A stretch of 64,000 nucleotides of DNA from Calditrichia bacterium (GTDB lineage Bacteria; Calditrichota; Calditrichia; JAJRVZ01): positions 405,111 to 469,110 of the forward strand of contig CAVXXB010000008.1 of NCBI GenBank assembly GCA_963765585.1, read 5' to 3'. The translations under genes were made by a program, and so were the position numbers. Position 1 is the first letter of the stretch. Every line of letters starts with the position of its first letter. Below the pieces are notes generated by a model. The model was not told the DNA's origin. It made no database searches and saw only the letters and a list, made by a program, of their open reading frames with translations. Shown piece by piece: positions 30,012 through 39,821 of this stretch.

Positions 30012-31652
30012 CTATTCCCGGATTCCTTTTCCTTGTACAACCTTAATATAATGATCAATTCCTGGTTGCTCAATATATTCTTTTTGCCCGTCCGGCCATT
30101 GGATCTCAAGTTTGTCAATTTTCTCATCGCCCCCTAATCCGATATGCATTCGCGGATCATTATAGGATAAATACGATGTGGCCCATTGATTTATTTTCAC
30201 CTGCTTTCTGCTCCCGGTTGTAATTGTCACTTTTGCGCCGATTGCTGAGGCCGGTCCGTTTTTACCCACCAGGGTCAATCCCAGCCAATGATTTTTATTT
30301 CCACCATCATTCCGAAGCAGCGTGGCAGTTGCACGCAGATCCACATGAGACACGATGATATCCAAATCACCGTCATTATCAAAATCCCAGACAGCAGCGC
30401 CTCTACCCGAACGTAAATCACTAAAATAATCTCCAACTTTCTTTCCCACATTGACAAAATTACCTTTTCCATCATTTTCAAGTAACAAGGGCGGTTGCTC
30501 TACCAGTTCCTCCGCCAGACCGTTGGCGGAAAAAATATCCAAATCGCCATCATTATCATAATCAAATAATGCGGCACCCCATGCTCCTTTGCCGGAAAAT
30601 GCGGACCGAACGCCACTGGACGCGGTTATATCTTCATAAATACCATTTCCGGTATTGCGGTAGAGCGCACCATACCGCAAATCAACTACCAGCAAATCAA
30701 TCAGACCATCCCCATCCACATCACCAATCGAACCATGCATGGATCCCGTTGGCAGCCCCTGGTCATTTACAGCCAGACCACTGGCTCTTCCCACTTCGCT
30801 AAATTTCTGATTGCCGTCGTTACGGAATAAAAAATTCTCCTGGTGGTCATTTCCTTGAAATAAGTCAAGATCACCATCATCATCATAATCAAATAAGCTC
30901 AGCCCCATGCATTTTGATTGTGGGTAGTACAAACCAACATCCCTGGTAACTTCCTTAAATGTACCATCTGTTTGCTGTTCGTATAATAACGAAGCCTGAC
31001 CATCATACTCAGAAGGGTGTGGCATCATATCGGGCGCAGTTGGTGAAATATAAGCGGGATCAAAAGCGAGAAAATTCCCCACCATCAGATCCACCCTTCC
31101 ATCCTGGTTATAATCCCAAAAACTGACCCCCACACTCCATTTTGTAAAATTATTCAGTTTTTCCGGACCCTGCAGTCCTAATTGTTGTGCGATATCTGTA
31201 AATGTCCCATCCCCATTATTCCGGTAAAACACATTGGGTCCATAGTTCAGCAAAAATATATCAACATCCGAATCACCATCATAATCAATTGCCCCGGCGG
31301 CCATGCTCCAATGCCGATCATCGACGCCTGCCTGACCACCTGTTTCGGTAAACGTACCATCCCCATTATTATGATACAGTTTATTGGGTGTGTTTTTAAA
31401 AATTAAACCCGTGGAATCGCTGATTCCCTCCAGGTAAGTGCCATTTAGCATATATAAATCCATGTTCCCATCACCATCATAATCCAGAATGGTAATCCCC
31501 GAACCACTGCTTTCAAGTATATTTTGATAGGTCAAATCTCCAAAATTATAACGGAAGTCGATACCGGCCTGTGTGGTAATTTCGGTGTATCGAATATCAA
31601 GATTCTGCGCAAATAGTCCACTGCAAAAAACAATCAATAGGATTAATATCAT
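30012..31652 (-). CDS. FG-GAP + ASPIC/UnbV secreted protein (CRTAC1-like), 546 aa
   Basis: Signal peptide and FG-GAP repeats. The C-terminus reads ...SYLSYNDPRMHIGLGGDEKIDKLEIQWPDGQ. Confidence 0.8.
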   Translation of the reverse strand: MILILLIVFCSGLFAQNLDIRYTEITTQAGIDFRYNFGDLTYQNILESSGSGITILDYDGDGNMDLYMLNGTYLEGISDSTGLIFKNTPNKLYHNNGDGTFTETGGQAGVDDRHWSMAAGAIDYDGDSDVDIFLLNYGPNVFYRNNGDGTFTDIAQQLGLQGPEKLNNFTKWSVGVSFWDYNQDGRVDLMVGNFLAFDPAYISPTAPDMMPHPSEYDGQASLLYEQQTDGTFKEVTRDVGLYYPQSKCMGLSLFDYDDDGDLDLFQGNDHQENFLFRNDGNQKFSEVGRASGLAVNDQGLPTGSMHGSIGDVDGDGLIDLLVVDLRYGALYRNTGNGIYEDITASSGVRSAFSGKGAWGAALFDYDNDGDLDIFSANGLAEELVEQPPLLLENDGKGNFVNVGKKVGDYFSDLRSGRGAAVWDFDNDGDLDIIVSHVDLRATATLLRNDGGNKNHWLGLTLVGKNGPASAIGAKVTITTGSRKQVKINQWATSYLSYNDPRMHIGLGGDEKIDKLEIQWPDGQKEYIEQPGIDHYIKVVQGKGIRE

Positions 31653-31959
31653 ATTTAAACTCCTGAGATCTAATTTGAATTGAGCCCCACTACCCTATTA
31701 TTAACTCACGCAGAGGCGCAGAGACGCTGAGAAAAAGAATATTGAATAGAAATTAGAGATTTGCGATTGGCAATATTTACAAATTACCAGTTCCTAATTC
31801 CGAGTTCCAAATTCTCCATTTTTGAGCAGGAGATTCTTCGTCCGCCAGACGGCGGACTCAGAATGACACCTAATATAATAACGAATTACCAATAGCAAAT
31901 TACTATCCTCATTTCTAACTTCTAACTATTTTTACTGCCTCTCTGCGAGTGAACATTGC

Positions 31960-34900
31960 TTAATCAGATTTATCCGATAGTAATGTCCGATATTTTTGGG
32001 TCGTTATCTTACGGGTGTTGTATTTTTTCATATACTCCTGATATTCATTATTTTGCGGGTAATTTTCACTATCACCATAAGGATATCGCGACATACCGAT
32101 AAACGGTAGTGGCAGAACTGTCTGCCCGGCAGCCGTATTCAGATCACCATCTTTCAACCAGCCCTGGGTATAGATTATAAAGTCCCGTGTCCAGCCCGTT
32201 TTGGTTGCAGGAAGTCCATCGGCCGCAAATGATATGCTTATCTCGTCACCTGCATTGGTAATGATGTATTTACTATCCGCCGTTTGCAGTAACTCTTCTA
32301 CATGACCATAACGTGTATAAAAACCTGTCAGATCGCGCCATATGGGTTCCGTGGTTACATCCGCATAGTCAAACCAGAAAGGTCCATGTCTTCCACCCTT
32401 GCGATACATGCGTGAAAATCCACGGTAATGGATATCAGCCGTGGAAAGAGCTAATTCATTAATTTCAATAGGTATTTCCTGGTCCCCAACTGTAAAGAAA
32501 ATATAATCCCAGTAAATGTGCATACTGGTGCGGATCCTGATCTTGCGCTCTTTGGAAAGGAATTTATCTTTCAGGTCAAGTATGACATATTTATTCTTCC
32601 CCATGGGAAAACTGACATTTTCAATCACGGTCTGCCATTTCCCCTGCTTATTTAGTACCTGCAGGTATGGCGCAATTACCTTTATATCCGAAGATTGCGA
32701 TACGGCCATATTTATACTGGCATCGGTCGGAAACACCCAGCCATTCAGATATAACATGACGGCTTCGGTCTCAGGAATATCACCAAGATCGATTACCAGG
32801 TCGTGGGGAACGGTTATGCCCTGATATTTGTCCATCTGCATGTCAGCGACGTATTTATTATCCTTCTCACGTACCAGCGGGCTGAGATCATTCCCCTGCC
32901 CATCCTGTACCGATTCTGGAGTTTTCTTCTGCTTTACTTTATACAGCTTAAATGGTGGAAATGGGGGCGGTGTAAAGCGCTCATTGACATATATATCTGT
33001 ATTCTCCGGATGGTCCACCGCCAGAAGTTTCACCTGATCAAAATAGGCCGTTTCCCAGAGTTCGGCGGTAATTTGCATTTGATATAAGCCATCTTTTTCT
33101 TTCAATAAGTGTCCGGGAATCTTGAAATAATCCTGCGAGGGATCTGAAAAGGCATAGGCCGTTTCTCCGCCCATAATGCCCAATGGCATGCCGAGAGCAC
33201 TGCGCCACAGTACATCGGTGACAAATTCAAATTTATCACCATCCCAGGTATACAGGAACGGACAGGATCCCTTTAGAATCTGTTTTTCCAACAATGCCTG
33301 ATCGCTGCCCGGTTCGAACAGATTTTGCGGAACACCATTTGTCCAAAGTACGCGAACCACATCGGCCTTTGTTCTTTGCCCCAGGCCAAAATGAGAAACC
33401 GCCTCGGTTACAACCCTGCGATTGATAGGACTCATCGGCTTTGACTTCCAGTTTGGCACCAATGCCAAAATAGTTATTCTTACCACTTCCGGTTCTGAGA
33501 CCTACCAGCTGTACTTTCAGATAATGATTCGCATTCCCGCCATCATTTCGTAATAAATAGACCCGGCCATCATCTCCTGCCATAAAAATATCCAAATCAC
33601 CATCCTCATTATAATCGGCGACCTCTATCTGCCTGGCTGACGGTAAATTTTGCGGTAGCAGAGATGACGCATCACTGAAGACACCCTTTCCGTTATTATG
33701 AAGGAGTATTACTTTATTTTTGACAGAACTGCCGGCTGCGGGTTCTCCGGAAATTATTAAATCCAGAAAACCATCATTATCAAAATCAAAAAAGGATACG
33801 GTATTGCAGGTAAAATCTTTTAAACCGGATTGTATTTCTTTCGAACGATAATCCTGTTCGAATTCAACGCCATCTTTGTTGGCGAAGAGAGAAAAAGTAC
33901 CCACACCGGCCGGAAAGTGGATCAAATCCTGTAATCCGTCATTGTTATAGTCACCCATGGCCACAGCCCGGGAGCCGTTAGCCAGTTTCATTCCGACCTT
34001 CTCAGAAATATCATCAAACTGGCCCTGACGTAAATTTGAGAACAGGTAATTGGAACCCTGGCTGTTAACTACATACAAGTCCAGATCGCCATCATCATCA
34101 AAATCCGCGAAATGTGTATCAATACTTGGCAATTTGTCACCGGAAACATTGAATTTATCTGCCATTTCGGTAAACGTCCCGTCCAGATTATTTCTGTAGA
34201 ATTTGTTCTTCTCCATATTTGCCTGGTATAAATCCAGATCACCATCATGATCAAAATCGGCAAAACAGGCGGCCAGACCATTGCCGCTTCCAGTAATACC
34301 CGCTTGCGCTGCCACATTTCGAAATTTCGAAGGATCATAATGATAATAAAGCCTGTTTTCAGTACTATTGACGATATACAGATCCAGATAGCCATCATTA
34401 TCATGGTCTGCAAAGATAGCAAAGCGATCGGCTCCGCCATGATTGATGCCCGATTCATTTATGATGTCGCCAAACTTGCCAAAATCATTTTTTAGCAGGT
34501 AGCGATAGTTCTTTCCCTGTTTGGGATTTAGTCCGGATGCATAGATATCCTGGGTGCCATTGCCATCAAAATCTGCCAGGGCAAGTATGTAATGTGCTTT
34601 TTCTGATCCGGAGGCAGAGTCACATAATACGGGCAGTTTATGCAAACCGGCAGACTCGCTGGCATCGGTGAATTTTATGGTTGCCAGTACGCCTGATGTG
34701 GTTAAATTGGATACATTTACATCCCGACGAAAACTGATTACCGGCGTACCGATAAGCGGCCCGCCGATCCCCTTTAACGCATCAAAACCGGACCGGTATA
34801 AAGGAGTTGGTTTCAGGATGTTTCTAAATATATTGAATGGAGGTGAGGCAGCTGCGGCATCATTTTTTTGCATATGTCTCAGACACTGATCGTAATAGGC

Positions 34901-35542
34901 ATTAGCTTCACCGGGAAATTCAGGCATTTGTTGTTCAATTGGTTCAAAATACCCCAGGGCCATATCTGCTTTTTTATTACGAAGAAGCAGATCGACCAGA
35001 TCAAATCGGGCCGTAATATTTGCCGGTATAAATGTGAGTACCCTGGTCAGCAATTCTTCTGCCCGCAAACTAAGTTGCGGATCCTTCGATTTTGCGTAAA
35101 TCTGCCCCAACTTGTATAAGGTTCTGATATGATCCGGATGATGTCGCAGCGTTTCCTCTAACAGGACAATTGCCTGATCTTCGCGGTTTGTCAGGATCAG
35201 TACTTCCGCCAAATTTAACTGAATTTCCGGATCCACTGCAGCTCTTTCCAGGGCAAATCGTAACTGCTTCTCAGCCTCCTGGTAATTACCCAGGCGAATA
35301 TAAACCAGCCCAAGATTGGCATAACCCAGGGCCTCATCCGGTGCGATACGGATCAATTCTTTAAATGCGGTTTCCGCTTCCGGAAGTTTATTTTCTTCCA
35401 GATATGCCAGTCCCATAGTTCTGGTAGTAATCATGTCAGGAATATTTTGTTGGTCCTGCAGATTCCCGCATGAATTAAAGAAATGAGGGATGAGGAATAT
35501 GATTGTCAGGAATAATGTAATGTTAAATTTTAAATATTTCAC
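31960..35542 (-). pseudogene. TPR + FG-GAP + ASPIC/UnbV + C-terminal extension protein, interrupted by a +1/-1 frameshift near 33440..33480
   Basis: The 768-aa ORF (33236..35542) has a signal peptide, N-terminal TPRs and FG-GAP repeats. It leaves frame after ...GSGKNNYFGIGAKLEVKAD(ESYQS). The overlapping 508-aa ORF (31960..33486) continues in another frame with ...RVVTEAVSHFGLGQRTKADVVRVLWTNG (ASPIC). The junction is at the G-run cagggttg. Confidence 0.6.
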
Positions 35543-35585
35543 TCTTGTTATCCTAAGTTTAGTAATACGTCAAAATAATAATTTA

Positions 35586-35733
35586 GACAGGATAACAGGA
35601 TTATTGAAGATGGTTAACTACTTGTGTATTATGCTGGTGACCCTATATGGACTCAAACTAAGTTTAGGAACCCAATTGTGTTCCCAAGTTCAACCTGGGA
35701 ACAAGGATTTCCTGTAAATCCTGTTATCCTGTC
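35586..35733. repeat. Structured intergenic element: 17-bp perfect inverted repeat gacaggataacaggatt / aatcctgttatcctgtc enclosing ~114 bp with internal palindromes
   Basis: Read directly. The inner palindromes are gttcccaagttcaacctgggaac and ggaacccaattgtgttcc. It lies in the 236-bp gap between two minus-strand genes. Confidence 0.6.
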
Positions 35734-35778
35734 AAAAAAAACAAAATAGTCTGCTTGTCAAACAATGACCGTAATTTA

Positions 35779-37092
35779 TTACTTAAGTCGAGAATTATCA
35801 ATAACCTGAATTATTGGATTGGCCTGATTTCCACCGCCGTTGTCCCAGACAATTTCTCCTGTCACCCCTGTCATTGGTGACATACGGAACAGGATTTCAC
35901 GCAACCGAGCCCGGCTTAATCCGCTAATATGGATAGCCCGGATGATGATGTTTAGACTATCAAACAAATATGCTGCTTCTGAGGTGGGTAATTCACCGAA
36001 TAAATTATGATAGCGATCTGCAAATACACGATAGGCTGAATTATTGTGAGAGGAGAATGGTAACAGATAATTAATTTTCCTTCCAGTGAACGTTTTCAGT
36101 TTATTTATATCAAGATTTGTTATTACGGGCAAGAATACCGATAGGTGCAACTCTTTTTTGCCTAATTCATCCAATAATTCAAATATCATATCCGGAGAGA
36201 GGTGCAGTATCAACGCATCGACATTATATGGCGTAATACGTTTGACAATTTCCGGGATATCCGCGTGAACCGGGATTTCAAAGTGAAAGACCGGATTATA
36301 TGAATTCTCATTAAACACACGGGATAGTTCTCGGGAAAATAATTGTCCGTCATGGTCAGCAGTGGTTATAAATCCGATTATTTTGTATCGGCTTTTTATA
36401 ACGCCATCATGAAAAAGAGCACTGGCCTGCATACAAAAATCGGGGGGAAGTCTGAACATCCAGGGTATATTGACATAGTTTAGCGTAGGATCTGCTGATA
36501 GCGGCGCAATAAGCGGCACTCTGGCCTTTGTAACGATCTGCTCGGCAATATGTGTTGCCGCTCCGTCCTGTGATCCGATAATGGCCCAGACACTATCTTC
36601 GTAAATCAGTTTTATCATTTCTTTTGATCCGGCCCCCCAAGGATCGTCGGCCCAGCGTTGAATCAATTTAAATGGCTTTCCCTGATATCCGCCTGAGTCA
36701 TTTGCCATGGATATGGCCATATTGGCGGCATTGAAAAGCGGTTTATTTTCAGATCTTGGCAGAAACAAACCCAGTGAAATGCTATCGACTTTAGTATTAT
36801 TGCTATCCGGCCACCCGGAATACTCAGCCGGTGTATCAAGAACATGAACCGGTTTTTGTGATTCAACAGATTCCTGAGCAAGGAGAAAATTTAAACTACT
36901 GCTTAAAATAATGAGTGGAATTATTAATAGAGACTTCTGAAAAATGAAAATATTTACCTTAGCGTCATTCTGAACTTGTTTCAGAATCCCTTTAAATAGA
37001 CCCTGAAATAAATTCAGGGTGACGAAATTCAAGTATTTATTACATTTTTCAGAAGTTTCTAATATATAATATTTATGGGGAAGATTATTCAT
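35779..37092 (-). CDS. Periplasmic binding protein, Peripla_BP_6 / Leu-Ile-Val-binding (LivJ-like) family
   Basis: 437 aa (ABC-type branched-chain amino acid binding fold). The start is uncertain: the first ~45 codons run through two hairpin-GATGAC elements at 36962..37025, and the signal-peptide-like segment (IFIFQKSLLIIPLIILSS) lies after them. Confidence 0.65.
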   Translation of the reverse strand: MNNLPHKYYILETSEKCNKYLNFVTLNLFQGLFKGILKQVQNDAKVNIFIFQKSLLIIPLIILSSSLNFLLAQESVESQKPVHVLDTPAEYSGWPDSNNTKVDSISLGLFLPRSENKPLFNAANMAISMANDSGGYQGKPFKLIQRWADDPWGAGSKEMIKLIYEDSVWAIIGSQDGAATHIAEQIVTKARVPLIAPLSADPTLNYVNIPWMFRLPPDFCMQASALFHDGVIKSRYKIIGFITTADHDGQLFSRELSRVFNENSYNPVFHFEIPVHADIPEIVKRITPYNVDALILHLSPDMIFELLDELGKKELHLSVFLPVITNLDINKLKTFTGRKINYLLPFSSHNNSAYRVFADRYHNLFGELPTSEAAYLFDSLNIIIRAIHISGLSRARLREILFRMSPMTGVTGEIVWDNGGGNQANPIIQVIDNSRLK

Positions 37093-38479
37093 TGGATTGA
37101 TTCAAATCCCGCGGGACTTCATCATGAGAATAGAATTTAAAGACACCATCCTCCAGAATTACCAAAGTGGCCGGCGATCTGTTTGAGTATACCGCATCAA
37201 ATTCCTTTTTGCCGGTTACTCCTTTATAATCGGATTGATTTGCCAGCTGGTCCCGAATTAAGGCACGATTCAAACCAGCCTGTTCAACAGCATTTAATAT
37301 CATATTCATACCATCAAAGGCATGGGCCGCATAGCTTTCGGGTTCATCACCAAACCTGTCTTTAAATTGACTTTTAAATGATAACAGATCCGGATCATTG
37401 CTTTCGGGGTGATAAGGATAGGCCGCCGCAACATTCCCGGCACCGGTTCCGGCCAATTGTATGAATTCGGGTATGACCATCCGGTCGCTGCCGAGATACC
37501 ATTGATTCATGCCCAATTTCCGCATCTGCTTTAAGATCAGAGCCGATTCCCGTGCATTGCCGTATGTTATAACCCCATCAGGGTTTAAATTCCGGATTCG
37601 CTCTAACTGAGAGGTAAAATCGGTATCTCCCTCCTGATACTGCAATTCAATGACAAACGGGAATCCAAGTCTTGTGGCTGCATCGCGAAACTCATCTATG
37701 CTCATTCTGCCATAACGGTTTGTTGCACGAAGTGCCGCCACCTTTTTTAGTTTAAGTGTTTTAAATGCAAAATCGGCAAGCGTATAACACATCTGACGAT
37801 CATCGGTGATACAGCGAAACACCCAGGGAATGCTTGTTTCAACAAATGTGGGATCCGTGTCGGCGGAATTCATGACCGGTAGTTCGGCTTTGAGCGCGGC
37901 CCGGATCAATATATGACTATTTGCACCATCTACCGTACCGAGCACCGCCCAGACGCTGTCTTTATAGGCCATCATTATAACTTCTCGTCCCGATGAACGC
38001 CAGTTACCGTTATCATTCCGGATAATCAGTTTAAAAGGCACTTTATTGCGGTAACCGCCTTTAAGATTGGCCTGTTCAACAGCCAGTTGCGCTCCCTGGA
38101 GCATCCTCATGCCAATCGACGATAAATGTGAAGACTGATATCCGTCCCAACGCACCACGCGTTGATTCACATTAAACTTTAAATTTTTCAGATCACCGAT
38201 AGAATCAAGATCCGCATTGATAATCGGACCGATAAATCCTATTTTTATGCTATCTGGTAATGGGGGTTCAGATATATGCCGGCCGTAGCCCGGATACTCC
38301 AGCGTATCCAGAAAAAAACGTTTGTAAGGCTGTTCAAAACGGCTGTATGGCGCGTATTCATTGGGTGTTTTTCCATAATCTAAAGTATCACTTGAATTTT
38401 GAGCGAGAAGGCAAGTACTCATTGCACATAGAAAAATGATGCAGGATATTAGCGATATTTTACCAATTTGATGTATCAT
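37085..38479 (-). CDS. Periplasmic binding protein, Peripla_BP_6 family (second paralog)
   Basis: 464 aa with a signal peptide. Same fold signature as the downstream gene (GSQDGAATH / GTVDGANSH). It overlaps the downstream ORF by 8 bp. Confidence 0.65.
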   Translation of the reverse strand: MIHQIGKISLISCIIFLCAMSTCLLAQNSSDTLDYGKTPNEYAPYSRFEQPYKRFFLDTLEYPGYGRHISEPPLPDSIKIGFIGPIINADLDSIGDLKNLKFNVNQRVVRWDGYQSSHLSSIGMRMLQGAQLAVEQANLKGGYRNKVPFKLIIRNDNGNWRSSGREVIMMAYKDSVWAVLGTVDGANSHILIRAALKAELPVMNSADTDPTFVETSIPWVFRCITDDRQMCYTLADFAFKTLKLKKVAALRATNRYGRMSIDEFRDAATRLGFPFVIELQYQEGDTDFTSQLERIRNLNPDGVITYGNARESALILKQMRKLGMNQWYLGSDRMVIPEFIQLAGTGAGNVAAAYPYHPESNDPDLLSFKSQFKDRFGDEPESYAAHAFDGMNMILNAVEQAGLNRALIRDQLANQSDYKGVTGKKEFDAVYSNRSPATLVILEDGVFKFYSHDEVPRDLNQSNE

Positions 38480-38686
38480 AAATATTCTCGGTTAATTCAC
38501 ATTCAGAGAGAAAGGAAATTGGGAATTAGGACTTGGGAACTTGTGATTGTGCTTTGTTATTGATTATATTAAAAACAAATAAATATCACCCAGCACCAAT
38601 GCCAAATAACTAATTACAAGTTACTAATTCCCAGTTCCAAGTTTCAAATCTCTAATCTCTCATTCCTCATTTCTAATCTCTAACTT

Positions 38687-39808
38687 CTACCTTAATCCCG
38701 GGTAGTACCCCTTACCCTTCCCTCTGGCTAATCCATGCCCGGTTCCGATCCAGATATCATCACCCATAAACTCTGTGCAGATGGTGAAATGGTTTGGTAA
38801 ATCCAGATTTGTCTCCACTTTATCTATTATCTTATTTCCACGCATTACTTTTGCCGTCCAGGTTTTATCATCTTCATTTTCAAGCACATAGGTAACCCAG
38901 GTATCTGAATCAAAATCCACCAGCACGCCCAATCCCTTATCGGTGCAATTATAACTTGATATTGCACTTCTTCCCAGTGACAGATTTATAAAATTACTGG
39001 GTAATCCACTGTCATGATCCATATACCCGCGCCAGTTTCTGCCATCATAACGACTTAACCCAAAATAAGTTGAGGCCCATAATACGTTATCCACATAGGA
39101 TGCGGATGTAGTGATCACATGAACCAGTCCATCATCACGATACAGATCAATCTCCATTTCGCCGTCGGGATCATGGTATACCTTCCAGCTCTCTGTCGGT
39201 ACATCCCACTCCAGAATCCCACCGCCCCAGACTGCAAAATATACCTTGTCATCATTGGCATCGACATTGTAAGTCCAGACCTCTTCCATGGGCGCATGTT
39301 TTTCATTAAAAACCGCCCATTCGCCACTCAACTGGTTATACCGACTGATCCCTGCAGTGGTAGCCACCCATACATTATCGCCCTCAATATCAATGCCATA
39401 TACCACATCATTTAATAAACCGCTGTTCATTTGCGTAAAATGTTCAAAATATCCGCCGCTGAACCGGGCGATTCCCTCACCAAATAATGCCAGCCATAGT
39501 TCACCGGTTTTGTGATCTTTGGCGATACCCATTATTACATTCCAGGGTAATCCATTGGCCTCCGTCCAGCTTTCCCACTTACCATTATAATAGAGTACCA
39601 GACCACCCTCCGTGCCGATCCACAGGCTATCGCCATCTGCTTCCAGAAAGAAAATATGATCATTTATCAACTGCCCCCCAGTTGACTCCGTTGTAAAAGT
39701 TTCCCACTCAGTATAGACAAAAGGAAATCCGGCGTTTACATCCCTATCACTTTCCTGACCAAAAGTCAAAATTGAAAATAACAGGAGGATCATTATTGAT
39801 TTATACAT
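38687..39808 (-). CDS. Secreted beta-propeller protein with two-component-regulator-propeller (Reg_prop)-like repeats
   Basis: 373 aa with a signal peptide. Repeats are of the type WIGTEGGLVLYYNGKWESW and VWVATTAGISRYN. Confidence 0.55.
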   Translation of the reverse strand: MYKSIMILLLFSILTFGQESDRDVNAGFPFVYTEWETFTTESTGGQLINDHIFFLEADGDSLWIGTEGGLVLYYNGKWESWTEANGLPWNVIMGIAKDHKTGELWLALFGEGIARFSGGYFEHFTQMNSGLLNDVVYGIDIEGDNVWVATTAGISRYNQLSGEWAVFNEKHAPMEEVWTYNVDANDDKVYFAVWGGGILEWDVPTESWKVYHDPDGEMEIDLYRDDGLVHVITTSASYVDNVLWASTYFGLSRYDGRNWRGYMDHDSGLPSNFINLSLGRSAISSYNCTDKGLGVLVDFDSDTWVTYVLENEDDKTWTAKVMRGNKIIDKVETNLDLPNHFTICTEFMGDDIWIGTGHGLARGKGKGYYPGLR

Positions 39809-39821
39809 AGTATAGTTCCAA

